Source: a bacterium (GTDB lineage: Bacteria; UBA8248; JACPRG01; G963555815). Taken from it: a stretch of DNA of 64,000 nucleotides. Numbering within the stretch: position 1 is the stretch's first letter; each line of letters begins with the position of its first letter. Under the pieces are notes generated by a model. The model was not told the origin of the DNA. It worked only from the letters and a program-made list of their open reading frames with translations, and made no database searches. Both the position numbers and the translations under genes were made by a program. Positions 10,843 through 21,551 of the stretch are shown piece after piece. The stretch lies in the NCBI GenBank assembly GCA_965261595.1, contig CBDHDG010000006.1, positions 1,728,001-1,792,000 on the forward strand, in the 5' to 3' direction.

Positions 10843-12826
10843 TCACCTTCTCAGAAACCGCCGCTCGACCTCTTCCTTGGGCAGGACCAGCGTGATCGGC
10901 CTTCCGTGCGGACACGTGAAGAGGATGTCCAGCTCCAGGCACTCGTTCACCAGGTGCTCGATCTCCTCGTTCGACATCCGGTGGTGCGCCTTGACCGCCC
11001 CCCGGCAGGCCATCCGGTCGATGACGTGCGCGGCGAGATCGGAGAAGTTCTTCTGTCGCGAGCCGGCCTCCCCCCCCGCCGCAACGTCGGCGGCCAGCGC
11101 CTCGATGACCTCCCGCGCCAGGACCGACGGGTCGACGTGGGCGAGCAGCGCCGGGACCTCCCGGACGATGAACGTCGTGGGGCCGAAAGGCTCGATCCGA
11201 AGCCCCAGGCGGTCCAAGTCGTCCAGGCGCTCGCTCACCCAGGGCGCCTCGGCGGCCGAGACCTCGACGTTCGCGGGAATCAAAAGGGCCTGGCGCTCCA
11301 CCCGCCCGGCGTCCGCCTTCTCCGTCAGCCGCGCGAACAGGACCCGCTCGTGGGCCGTGTGCTGATCCATGACGAGCAGGCCGGAAGGGTGCTCCAGGAG
11401 GACGAACGTCCCGTGAAGCTGGCCGATGACCCGGACGTTGGAAAGCAGGTGTTTGGGCGCGGCGGTGTCCAGAAGGGGGAGGGGAGACCCATCGGGGATT
11501 GCCTCGGCGGCCGGCTGGGCCGAATGCGCGGCGGGCGCCCCGGGGGCGCCCGCCGGGACCCGCCCCATTCCGCCCGACCTTCTCCCCCCCCCTCCGCCGG
11601 CCCGCCGGCCGCCGGAGAAGCCGAACTTCCAGCTCGCCGGACGCGCGCTTCCCCCCCCCCCCCCCCCCGGAATCCGGCCGGTCGGCGGGCCGCCTCAGGG
11701 GATAGACCTTTGCGACCGGCGGGCGTCCCGCGCCGCCGGGCCCGGACAATCCCGTTTCCCCCGCGGGGAGGATGTCCCCGACGACGCCGGAGGCTGTGAC
11801 CAACCCTTCCCCCAACGCCCGCCGGACGGCCGAGAACACCCGCCCGCCGTCGCGGAAGCGGACTTCGGCCTTCGCCGGGTGGACGTTCACGTCCAGGTCC
11901 GCCGGGTCCATCGTCACGTACAGGAACAGGAGCGGATGCCGGCCCGAGGGGATCAGCCCCCGGTAAACGTCGTACGCCGCGCCCACGACCGTCTGGTCCC
12001 GGACCGTGCGGCCGTTGATGACGACATGCTGGCACGACCGCCCGGCGCGGGTGACCGAAGGCAGGGAGGCGAACCCCTCGACACGCACGGGGCGCGCCTC
12101 CGCCGGATTCGCCGGAAGGGGGAGGGGAAACAACCCCTCCGCCTCCCGGGCGGGAAGGAGCGCCCTCACCCGGCCTTCGCGATCCGTGGGCGGAAGGTCA
12201 AGGAGGACCTTCTTCCCGGTCTTCAGGTGGAAGCCGACTTCGGGAAAGGCCAGGGCGGCGTTGGAAGCGGCCTCGACGATGCGCGAAAGCTCCGTCCGCT
12301 CGCTTTTCAGGAATTTGAGCCGGGCCGGGGTGTTAAAGAAGAGGTCCCGGACTTCGACGGCCGTCCCGGGGGGCGCCGGGGCCTCGCGGACCTCGACCTC
12401 GATCCCGCCCTCGACGACGACCTTCGTCCCCGTCTCTCCCTCCCCCTCCGCCCCCCCGTGTTCCGTCGCGCTTGAGCGGCGCCGGGTGACGAGGGTTGTC
12501 CGGGAGACCGAGGCGATGCTCGGCAGGGCCTCCCCCCGGAAGCCGAGGGTGGCCAGGGCCTCCAGGTCTTCCGCCCGGCGGACCTTGCTCGTGGCATGGC
12601 GTTGGAAGGCCAGCCGGGCGTCGCCGGGGCGGATCCCCGCGCCGTCATCGGCGACGAGGATGCGCTTCATTCCGCCGCCGGAAACTTCGATCTCGATGCG
12701 GCGGGCCCCCGCGTCCAGGGCGTTTTCGATCAGCTCCTTGACGACCGACGCCGGGCGCTCTACAACCTCGCCCGCGGCGATCTGATTCGCGAGCGGCGGG
12801 GGCATGACCTGGATTCGCGGCTCCAT
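10843..12826 (-). pseudogene. mutL: DNA mismatch repair protein MutL, frameshifted in linker (G18 at 11651-11668)
   Basis: IAAGEVVERPASVVKELIEN, HATSK, GFRGEAL, DVNVHP in the N frame; DQHTAHER, ACR, CPHGRP in the C frame. Confidence 0.93.
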
Positions 12827-13038
12827 TGGACTTCTTTCCGGGAGACCGGGTGCAAGTCGATTGCTGAAAATCTCGTCTAGAATGGCTCGAACAATACCAG
12901 GACCTGAAACCCCGAGTCAATGGGTAAATACAACATATTATGGTTTAACTCTAAAATTATACAAAATGTCGTATGTTCCGTGTTTTCTCTTGCGGCGCCG
13001 AACGCAGCCGGTATAATGCGAATGTCTTCGGATACACT

Positions 13039-13082
13039 AGAATATAAGCCCTTGTGTCACAGAATATAAGCCCTTGTGTCAC
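13039..13082 (+). repeat. Perfect 22-bp tandem duplication AGAATATAAGCCCTTGTGTCAC x2
   Basis: Read directly at 13039-13060 and 13061-13082. Confidence 0.95.
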
Positions 13083-13098
13083 GAAAGGAAACCGAAAA

Positions 13099-13902
13099 AT
13101 GTCCGATCCCTGGCCTTTTGAAGACTTGGTTCGGATCATGGCCGACCTCCGGGCGGAAGGGGGATGTCCCTGGGATCGGGAGCAGACGCACGAAACCCTC
13201 AGACCGTACCTCATTGAAGAGACCCACGAGGTCATCGAGGCCATCGAGGCGGGCTCGGACGCGAACCTCGCCGAGGAGCTCGGGGACCTCCTCCTTCAGG
13301 TGGTCTTCCACGCGCGGATCGCCGAGGAAGAGGGGCGGTTCACGATTCAGGATGTCGTCGGCGGCATCCATGAGAAGCTCGTCCGGCGGCACCCCCACGT
13401 CTTCGGAGACGTTCAGGCCGACACCCCGGAGAAGGTCCTCCGGAACTGGGAGGCCATCAAGCTGCGGGAGCGGGCCGGGGGGAACGAGGAAGAGGAGAAT
13501 ACCCCCTCGGTCCTGGGCGGCGTCCCCGCCTCCCTGCCTGCCCTCCTCAAGGCCCAGCGGGTCCAGACCAAGGCCGGGCGCGTCGGCTTCGATTGGAAGA
13601 GCCCCGAGGGCCCGCTCGCGAAGGTCCGGGAGGAGATCGAAGAGGTCGAAGGGGCCATCCGGGAAGGGGGCGGGGAATCCGGGTGCGTCGAGCGGGAGAT
13701 GGGGGACCTCCTGTTCGCCCTCGTCAATGTCGCCCGCCACCTCAAGGTGGACGCGGAGGGGGCCCTGCGGGTGTGCGTCGACCGGTTCATGGGGCGCTTT
13801 CGGTACATCGAGGGGCGTCTCGCCGAACGCGGCCTCACCGCGCGGGAGGCCGACCTCGCCACGCTGGACGCCCTGTGGGATGAGGCCAAAGGGAAGGGGT
13901 GA
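13099..13902 (+). CDS. mazG: Nucleoside triphosphate pyrophosphohydrolase MazG
   Basis: GCPWDREQT, EELGDLLLQVVFH, KLVRRHPHVFG, second MazG domain EMGDLLF; AAAGGA RBS before ATG 13099. Confidence 0.95.
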   Translation: MSDPWPFEDLVRIMADLRAEGGCPWDREQTHETLRPYLIEETHEVIEAIEAGSDANLAEELGDLLLQVVFHARIAEEEGRFTIQDVVGGIHEKLVRRHPHVFGDVQADTPEKVLRNWEAIKLRERAGGNEEEENTPSVLGGVPASLPALLKAQRVQTKAGRVGFDWKSPEGPLAKVREEIEEVEGAIREGGGESGCVEREMGDLLFALVNVARHLKVDAEGALRVCVDRFMGRFRYIEGRLAERGLTAREADLATLDALWDEAKGKG

Positions 13903-14813
13903 CCGCCATCATCGTTCCGCCCGTCCTCTTCGCCCTGGCCTCCATGGCCGTCCAGTCCCTCGTCGACTGCGTTTATAAGCGCGCCCAGGTCAAGGGGGCG
14001 GTCCCCGAGACGGTTCTCGTCTATCAGTCTTACAGCTTCGGCGTGACGGCCTTCGCCCTCGTTCTGGCGCTGGGGGTGTTCCCGGCCGATCTCACGGCGT
14101 GGAAGTGTGGCCCGGCCTGCGGGCTGATCGGGTTCGCGGCGTACTACTTTTTTCTGCGGAGCCTTAAGGGGGGACAGGTCAGCGTCAACACGACGGTCTT
14201 CCGCCTCAGCTTCATTCTGACGGCCGGGCTGGCTGTTGTCTTCCTGGCCGAGCCGGTGACCGCGCGGAAGGCGGGGGGGCTGGCGGCGGCGGTTCTCGCG
14301 GTGGCGTCATTGACCGTGACCTCCGGACGCGGGGGGCACCGGCGGCCGGGTGTCGAAACCGGGACGGGATCGGCGGGCGGGGCCGCGGCGGTTTCCGCCG
14401 GGAAGGGCCGCGGCGTGGGATTCGCTGTCGCGGCGCTGCTCTGTTTGGGGACGCTCTCGTTCATCTACAAACTGGCCGCGCGGGAGGGCGTTCCGGCGCC
14501 GTCGCTGATCTTCATCCAGTTCGCCTTCTTCTCACCGGCCGCGATGGTCTACGCGGCCCTGCGCCGCCGGTTCGTCTGGCACCCCGTTTCGGCGGGGCAC
14601 GACCTTGGGGCGGGCGTCCTCCTGTCCCTGTCCCTCATCCTGCTGGTGTCGGCGCTTGCGCGCGGCGAAGCGGGGACGATGGTCCCCGTCAGCCAGATGA
14701 GCTTCGTCCTGACGGCGGTCCTCGCCGTCCCGTGGTTCGGCGAGGCCTGGACGGCCCGGAAGACAGCGGCCGTCATCCTGGCGGCGGGGGCGGTGGCTCT
14801 GCTTTCCGGTTAG
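13899..14813 (+). CDS. EamA/DMT family transporter
   Basis: About ten TM helices in two repeats; FLAEP and WFGE motifs; GTGA overlap with mazG. Confidence 0.8.
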   Translation: MTAIIVPPVLFALASMAVQSLVDCVYKRAQVKGAVPETVLVYQSYSFGVTAFALVLALGVFPADLTAWKCGPACGLIGFAAYYFFLRSLKGGQVSVNTTVFRLSFILTAGLAVVFLAEPVTARKAGGLAAAVLAVASLTVTSGRGGHRRPGVETGTGSAGGAAAVSAGKGRGVGFAVAALLCLGTLSFIYKLAAREGVPAPSLIFIQFAFFSPAAMVYAALRRRFVWHPVSAGHDLGAGVLLSLSLILLVSALARGEAGTMVPVSQMSFVLTAVLAVPWFGEAWTARKTAAVILAAGAVALLSG

Positions 14814-15576
14814 GATTCTCCGCAAGCGTCGACCCTTCTCGACTCGGTTGGAATGTGGGACCTGACTCCACGAACGTTCCTCAAGCGGAGAGACTTGCAA
14901 AGGACTGTGGTAGAATCCGGCAACTTTCCGGATGTCACACGAATGCCGCGGGATATCCAAACTCGGGTTGTCCGGGAAATCCCGGAGAAGATTCCCGGAG
15001 GTCTCGCGGCGGCCGTCCGGAATCGAGAGGGGACAAAGGGGTTCTCGCTCGCCGCCTCCTGTTCACGGTGGCCTTGTCAAGGTGCCCGGCAAAGGGGGAA
15101 TTTTCAGTGAATCGAATACTGTGTGTGGCGCTGAGCGTGCTGGCCGTTTCCGTCATGATGTTCGCCGTTCCGTATGCCGCCAACGGGGCGAAGGACCCCG
15201 CGACGCTCGGCCTCGATTGGCTTCCCATCGGCAATCACGTAGGGATTTTCGCCGCCCAGGACAAAGGATTCTACGCCCGGGAAAACCTGGACCTGAACAT
15301 CAAGCGGGGGTTCGGCTCCTCCGACACGGTGAAGAGAATCGGGGCGGGGGAATCGGACTTCGGCCACGCCGACATCGCCAGCGCCGTCGTCGGCCGGTCC
15401 AGAGGACTTCCGGTCAAGAGCGTGGGGGTTGTCTTCTCGAGTGGGTTCAACGCCCTCTACGCGCTGAAGAGCAGCGGCGTCCGCACCCCCAAAGACCTCG
15501 AGGGGAAAACGTTCGGGGACACGGCGGGAGTGGACCGCCCCTGGGTTATTGGACACTCGGGTGAGGGTATTCGACC

Positions 15577-16485
15577 TCATGCGGCCTCCGCAACTTGAGC
15601 GAGTTTTTCCTGCCTTGCCTGGGCCGGCGTTCGGTAGCCGTAGCCCTCGAGAATCCAATGATGGTTGTACAGGTTCTTGAACTCAAGCAGCGCCCACCGC
15701 AGTTCCTCTACGGTGGCGAAAGAGCGCACCCACAGGAGATTCTCCTTCAAGATGCGGATGAACCACTCACAGTAGCCATTTCCCTCGGGCGCCCGCACGA
15801 AGCTGGGCGAACTGGTCATGCCCAGGTAGGCGATCTCCCGCTGAAAGTCATCGGACAGATAGGCGGGGCCGTGGTCGTGACGAACTTTAAGCCCCTCGGC
15901 GACGTCCGCCTCCAAGCCGGCGAAGCGCTCGGCGACCCCCTGCCGGATCGGCTCCAGGGCCTCGAAGCGGTTGCCGCTCTTGGCCGCATGGATCCCCACG
16001 CAGTCCACCGAACAGTGATCCACCGCCACGAACACCGAGGCCATCCCCTCCTCGGTGGTCACCGTCGTCGTCATGTCCGTGCCCCACATTCGGTCGGGCC
16101 GCTCGGTGCGGATGGTCCCGTTGTGGGCCTTGGGACCTCGGGGTTTGCCCACCCGGTGGGGGGCCTGAAGCCCCGCCTCCCGCATCAGGCGACGCACCCG
16201 CTCCTTGCTGGTGCGGATGCCCGCGAAGCGCAGCCTCGCCCACACCTTGCGGTAGCCCTCGCCATGGAAGGGAGAGTCCTCCAGGACCTGCCGGATGTGG
16301 CCGAGGAGTTCCGCATCGGTGCACGGGCCCACAGGGCCGCGCTTATTGGGCGTGGGGCGTTCATGAACGGGGACCGCCTCTCGCCGCCGTTGCGCGTAGA
16401 CCGTGGAGCGCGCCAAGCCCCAAAGGGCGCACACCCGCTTCAGGCCGTAGGCTCTGCCCGTGGAGGTGAAGCGGGCCTGACTCAT
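15577..16485 (-). CDS. IS3 OrfB transposase (rve DDE)
   Basis: GYRKVWA, WGTD, RHDHG, NGxxE; ATGA coupling to OrfA. Confidence 0.9.
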   Translation of the reverse strand: MSQARFTSTGRAYGLKRVCALWGLARSTVYAQRRREAVPVHERPTPNKRGPVGPCTDAELLGHIRQVLEDSPFHGEGYRKVWARLRFAGIRTSKERVRRLMREAGLQAPHRVGKPRGPKAHNGTIRTERPDRMWGTDMTTTVTTEEGMASVFVAVDHCSVDCVGIHAAKSGNRFEALEPIRQGVAERFAGLEADVAEGLKVRHDHGPAYLSDDFQREIAYLGMTSSPSFVRAPEGNGYCEWFIRILKENLLWVRSFATVEELRWALLEFKNLYNHHWILEGYGYRTPAQARQEKLAQVAEAA

Positions 16486-16868
16486 CGCCTCCACCTCCTG
16501 CCGGCTAAAGGGCGGCCGGCCTCCAGGCGGTCGATCTTCTCCCGCAGGACCTCGCCCTCCATCGTGAGTTCGCCCACCTTGGCCTTGAGCCGGGCGTTCT
16601 CCTCGGCCCGCTCATCCGCCGGGCGAGCTTTGAGCGCCGCCTCGCCCCCGCGAAGGAACGCCTCGCGCCAGGCGGAAAGCCGAGCCGCTGTCGTGCCCAA
16701 CTCGCGGCAGAGCGTCTCCAGGCTCTCGCCCCGCAAAAGACGCAGGACCGCCTCCCGCTTGCGCTGGCAGGAGAACCGACCCCGCTCACTGCGATGCCCT
16801 GGGGCCTTGGCTCCGTTCGCCCTGCGGGCGCCCTCCGCCAAAGCCCCCTCTTGCTTTTGTTCGTTCAT
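16482..16868 (-). CDS. IS3 OrfA HTH protein
   Basis: KREAVLRLLRGE..LSAWR plus coiled coil ENARLKAKVGEL. Confidence 0.85.
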   Translation of the reverse strand: MNEQKQEGALAEGARRANGAKAPGHRSERGRFSCQRKREAVLRLLRGESLETLCRELGTTAARLSAWREAFLRGGEAALKARPADERAEENARLKAKVGELTMEGEVLREKIDRLEAGRPLAGRRWRR

Positions 16869-17719
16869 CGCGACACCCCTTTCTCCATGAATCATGGATC
16901 AATCGAGTGTCCAACAAAACCCTAGAGCGGGGGAGGAGGCTCCACCCGGACGCTGCTTCCGGCCTTTCTTCAGGCCAACGGGATCAAGAACATGCCGTGG
17001 CTTTCCATGAAAGGCTCGGCCAAGAATTCTTCCCTCATCTCCGGCAAGGTGGACACCATCGGCACCGGCATCTCCACCGCGGGCATTCTGCGGGACAAGG
17101 CGCGCAAGAACGGCGACGACATCGTGGTGTTCTTTTTCAGCGATTACGGCGTGGACATCTACGCGCACGGGTTTCTCATCCGCGACGATCTGGCTCAGTC
17201 CAAGCCCGACTTGATCCGCCGGTTCGTCAAGGCGACGTTCGAGGGCATCGCCTGGGTGGTGGAACATCCGAGTGAAGCCGTGGCGTCTTATTGGAAGCGT
17301 CAACCCATGCAGACCCTCCGCGGCGTTCGGTCTCAATGGGATGGGACGGTTCGGTCTCTGTTGAGCGCTTACGCCGTCAAGCACGGGATTGGCCACATCA
17401 ACGAGAAGAAGATGGCCTACACCATCGACACGATGACGCGGCTCATGAAGCTTCCCCGCCGGGTGAGCCCCTCCGAGATGTATACGAACCGCTTTCTGCC
17501 GAAGCTTTTTCCGAAGGCCGGAAAGTAGGTGAAAAGGGGTCGTTACGGGGGAAAGGGAAAACGGGGTCTAACGCGGTTTCTCTCTCGCTCATCCTTGCGC
17601 TTGTGGAAGCGTGAGCCAAACTCGAAGTGTCATTCCGGACTAGCGAAGAATCTCGATGAAAGGAGGTGCCGCGAGGGAGGCCCTTCTTTATTCCGGGTCC
17701 GACAACCCGGCTGTGCGCC

Positions 17720-18640
17720 TCATAGGACGGAAGCGGCGCTTTGATCCTCCGACCCTTCGGCGCGGGAGATCATTTCCAATGAGGCCGCGCACCGGAATCC
17801 GAAGTAGGCGTGACCGGTGGCCTGCCGGCACGAGGAGACGGTTTCGCGCGATGTGGCGGTGAGGCCTTCCGCCCCGCTGGACGCGTTGCCCCCGCGGGCG
17901 ACCCGGGTTCCGCTTACCGAGAGGTTTTTCCGGCCGTCCTTGGGATTATAGGGATAGGGCCGGTGGAGAGAGCGGATCCATTCCCAGACTTGGCCCGCCA
18001 TGTCCAGGACGCCGTAAGGGCTCGCCCCCTTGGGGTATTGTCCGACGGGGAGCGTTTGGCCGCGGAAACCTCCGAAGAGCGCCAAGTCCGGCCCGGGCGG
18101 GGCGTTGCCCCAGGGATAGACCCGTCCATCTGTCCCCCGCGCGGCCTTTTCCCATTCCTCTTCGCTCGGAAGGCGCTTCTTTCGCCATTTGCAATAGGCG
18201 ACCGCGCCGCGCCGGCTGACCTCTCCGGCCGGATGGTTCTCGTATCCCTTGTCCGGGGAAAAAACGCCGCCGCGCTCGTGGATTCGGTTTTCGCCGTCCA
18301 GGACGTCCAGGTACATCTCACCCTTGGGCCCGGTTGGGCCTCTCGCTTGCACAAATCGCGCGAAGTCGGTCGCGGTTACCAGGTTCCTGTCAATGTAGAA
18401 GGTGGGCAGGGACACCCGGTGGGCGGGGCTTTCGCCCGCAGGGCCCCCATCGCGCCCCATGATGAAAGGGCCGCCGGGAATGAGGACCATCCCGGTGAAA
18501 TGTCCGCCCTGTTGGGATGAGGCCGTCCGCGGCCAGAGGGCGTAGCCGAAAGCCGTAACGCAAACCGAGAGGAGGATCGCGGCGAAGGCGATATTCTCCG
18601 GGAGGAACTCCCGTCTCCCTTCTCTGAACGGCCAGCTCAT
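17720..18640 (-). CDS. Formylglycine-generating enzyme (FGE/SUMF1) family protein with N-terminal anchor
   Basis: MVLIPGGPFIMG, RLPSEEEWEKAARG, YPWG, DMAGQVWEW, RGG, GFRC. Confidence 0.88.
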   Translation of the reverse strand: MSWPFREGRREFLPENIAFAAILLSVCVTAFGYALWPRTASSQQGGHFTGMVLIPGGPFIMGRDGGPAGESPAHRVSLPTFYIDRNLVTATDFARFVQARGPTGPKGEMYLDVLDGENRIHERGGVFSPDKGYENHPAGEVSRRGAVAYCKWRKKRLPSEEEWEKAARGTDGRVYPWGNAPPGPDLALFGGFRGQTLPVGQYPKGASPYGVLDMAGQVWEWIRSLHRPYPYNPKDGRKNLSVSGTRVARGGNASSGAEGLTATSRETVSSCRQATGHAYFGFRCAASLEMISRAEGSEDQSAASVL

Positions 18641-18806
18641 CTCTCTTGTCCACCAGACGCGGGGCAGGGACTCCGGCCCCGACGGTCTTCATCATAAGGA
18701 AGCGGGTTCTCGCCGGTCAACAGCCCCGGGCGCTCAGTGATCCCCAGTTTTCATCGGCCGTTCGGCGCCGCCAATCGTGAGGACAGGTGCTGCCGAACGT
18801 CCACCT

Positions 18807-19055
18807 CGAGCCGTCGCCGTCCCCAACTTGCGGCAGAGCGTCTCCAGGCCCACTCCCCGTAAAAGACGCAGGACCGCCTCCCGCTTGCGCTTGGAGAAGA
18901 ATCAACCCCGCTCCGTACGATGCCCTGGGGCTTTCCGCTCGCACTACGGGCCCCCTCCGCCAAAGCCCTTCCTGTATGCGTTCGTTCATCGGAACGCTCC
19001 TTTCTCCATGCATCATGGATCAATCGAGTGTCCAACGAAACGCTAGGGCGGGGGA
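18807..19055 (-). mobile_element. Diverged, truncated left end and orfA start of the 1404-bp IS3 type
   Basis: Close similarity to 16681-16934 (CATGGATCAATCGAGTGTCCAAC, GCAGAGCGTCTCCAGG), ending GGGGGA. Confidence 0.8.
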
Positions 19056-19140
19056 TGATGATCAAACGGATAATGAACATTTTTCAAGCTTCATCATTTA
19101 ATTTTTTGCGGCTGAAAAGCAGAGGAAAATGCCGCTCAAG

Positions 19141-19543
19141 GGTAATGTCACGAGTTTTGTGTAGAAGTGCAGAGAGGGTTTGTCTCCCACTAGGTGTTAA
19201 TGCGGTGGAACACGCTGTAGGCGACGCGTTCCAGGGACTCGTTGTTGTTCATGACGGTCATGGGTCTGGTTCTTCGTCTCACCTCCCGAAAGACCCGCTC
19301 AATGGGGTTTATCGTGCGTAGGGTGACCCGAAGGGCGGGGGGCTCTTGGAAGTGGGCCAACAACGTCTCGAGGTCGCTCTCGATGCACGCCACCGCCTTG
19401 GGCTCCCGCCCTCGCCACTGCTTGGCCCATCGCCAAAAGGCGGCGATGGCCGCCCGGCGGCTGTGGGCCTCGTAGATCCTTTGTGCGCCCGAGACCACCG
19501 CCTCCTGGTTGCGCTTTCGGACCTTCTTCACGACGTTTTGCAT
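19141..19543 (-). mobile_element. IS256-family remnant (transposase C-terminus and right IR)
   Basis: TINPIERVFREVRRRTR; end TACACAAAACTCGTGACATTACC on the minus strand. Confidence 0.8.
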
Positions 19544-19572
19544 CTTGATTCATCCGTAAAGCCGTTCTTTCC

Positions 19573-19715
19573 AGCCGTGAGATCCTATTATCCTATTGAT
19601 ATTATTGAGAATATACATGATTTCCAATCTCATTCGGAACCTGCCTTCTGCAGTCCGTAATCAAAATGAAAGCGGATTCGTTAAAACTCCTGCGCATCTC
19701 GGCGAGTCCCTGTCG
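19573..19715. repeat. Diverged ~150-bp non-coding repeat, copy 1 (continues past IS66 at 22467)
   Basis: Near-gapless alignment to 23641-23790, about two-thirds identical by eye. Confidence 0.7.
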
Positions 19716-19827
19716 GTAACCGTTCGGACGGGCCGTGATGGGCACAGCGTTGGAAGCATCGTCTACATTGGATGGAATCTTCCCAAGACACTGGTAACGC
19801 GATTCGGCATGTGGTATTCATGTCGAC

Positions 19828-21547
19828 ATGACGATTCGCGCAGAAGTTGCTCAAGCGGAACTTTCGTTGGTCGAGAGGCCAGATGTCCGATGGCCTCTTC
19901 CCCCCGAGACGTCCTCATGCAGGGCGCCGGACTGGCGTTCGCTGTTCAAGCGCGAGCGGGCGCGGGCGGAGGCGGCGGAGGCGCGCTGCGAGGAGTTGCG
20001 GTGGGCGGAGGTGGATTCCCGCGGCCGGGCGGGTTCGCTGAAGTGGCAACTCGACACCTGCCGGAGGAAGCTGGAAGCGGCCGTCGAGGAGACGAAGGAA
20101 GTCCGCCGCGCGGCGAGAGACGCCCTATCGTTGAAGGCGGAAGTGGCGCGTCTGGAGAAGCTCCTGTCGGAAGCCAGGGTCAAGTCGGCCGGGGGCCGCT
20201 CGGGCGCGTCGCCGTCGGGGGAGGCCGCCCGGCTGCGCAAGGAGGCGGTCCGGCTGACCATGGAAGTCGCCCGGCTGGAGGACCGGCTGGCCCGGGAGGC
20301 GCAGGCGTCGGAGACCAGACAAGGAGACCATCAGGTGGCAGGGCCGCGAGGTCATTGGGCTCCATGCGGAGTTGGGGCGATTGCGCGACCAGGCGGAGGC
20401 GGTCAAGTCGTTGTCCGGGGAGGTCTACCGTCTGGGGGTCGCCCTGGAAGTCGCCGGGGCCGCGAAGGAGCGGCTGAAGGCCCGGCTTTTGCGCGCGAGC
20501 GAGGCGGCGCGGTCGAGGTCGCCGTCGCGTGAGGACGCTGAACTGCGCAAGGCCCTGGGGAGGTCGCGCCGCCAGAAGACGGGCTCAGGTCCCTATCCAG
20601 GGAGAACGCCCGGCTGCGCAAAGCCGTGAATGCATCGCAGAGCCGGAACGAGACGCTGGAAGCGCAGCTTGCGAAGCTTCGTGCGAGCGGGGCGGTGCTG
20701 TCGAAGGCGCTGTTCGGGCGCAGGAGCGAACAGCAGGAGCGAACAGCAGGAGAGGCCGCGCTCTGAGCGCCGGCGCGGCCGGCAGCCCGGAGCCGCCGGG
20801 CATGGCCGCACCCTGCGGCCCGCGCTCGAGGAGAGGACGGAAGAGCGCAATCCGCCGGCCGAGGCATGCGTCTGTGGCCGATGCGGGAAGCCCTACGTGG
20901 CCAACGGCGCCGAGGTCTCCACCATCGTCGAGATCGAAGTCTCGGCTCACAAACGCGTCATCCGCCGTCCGCGATGGCGCCGGAGGTGCGACTGCGCGTC
21001 CTCACCCACCGAAGTGTCGGCGCCCCCGGCGCCGCGCCTGTTCGCAGGCACGCCCTGCGGGACCAGCGTGTGGGCGCGGTTCCGGTTCGAGCGCTATGCC
21101 TGCTTCCGTCCCCTGCGCCGGGTCGCCTCGTGGCTGTCCGGCCAGGGGCTTCCTATCTCGCCGGGGACGCTGGGCGACAGCGCGCGCCGCTGTTCGAGCC
21201 GGTGGCTGCCGCGATCCTCGCCCGCCAGAACGAGGCGGCGGTGCGCCATGGTGATGAGACTACCTGGCGCGTGCAGTCGCTTCGCGAGGAGAGCCGCTCG
21301 AGCCGGGCTTGGCTGTGGACCTCGGTCAGCGAGGACGCGGTCTACTTCCACGTTGACCCCTCGCGCGGTGCGGAGGTCGCGAGGAAGCTGTTCGGAACGG
21401 CCGGCCTCCATCGACCCTCTCCGCTGGCTGGAGGCATGGCTGGCGGCATGTGCGGAGAGAGGCGGCCGGGCGCCTGAGGACCTCTCGCCGTGGCTGCCCT
21501 GGTCGATGGGCGCGGAGCGCAGGCGCGCCCTCATGGTGCCGGGATGA
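19828..21547 (+). pseudogene. IS66 transposase, multiply frameshifted and internally deleted
   Basis: Coiled coil, LFGARSEQ, RGRQPGAAGHGR, CVCGRCG, HGDETTW, DPSRG, WLPW spread over three frames; most of the DDE core is missing. Confidence 0.8.
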
Positions 21548-21551
21548 CGTC

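Larger units (their letters stand above)
15531..16934 (-). mobile_element. IS3-family element copy 1 (1404 bp) with 4-bp target duplication GGAG
   Basis: OrfA HTH 16482-16868, OrfB DDE 15577-16485; imperfect IRs sharing GGGTT..TTGGACACTCG; GGAG at 15527-15530 and 16935-16938. Confidence 0.93.
15107..17528 (+). pseudogene. NMT1/THI5-like ABC substrate-binding protein interrupted by IS3 (halves 15107-15530 and 16935-17528)
   Basis: Signal peptide, LDWLPIGNH, AQDKGFY, PKDLEGK; frame rejoins as DTAG|GSTRTLLPAF once the IS and one GGAG copy are removed. Confidence 0.85.

Noticed and set aside
9911..12826. 971-aa MutL ORF running across dam
   Set aside because: Read-through after the linker frameshift; the true C-domain is in the 10843-11568 frame
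17629..17654. GTCATTCC..GCGAAGAATCTC REP-like fragment
   Set aside because: Single, degenerate and without a complete hairpin
18717..18806. Possible IS21-like terminal sequence (AACGGCCGATGAAAACTGGGGA on the minus strand)
   Set aside because: No istA/istB and no partner end; resemblance only
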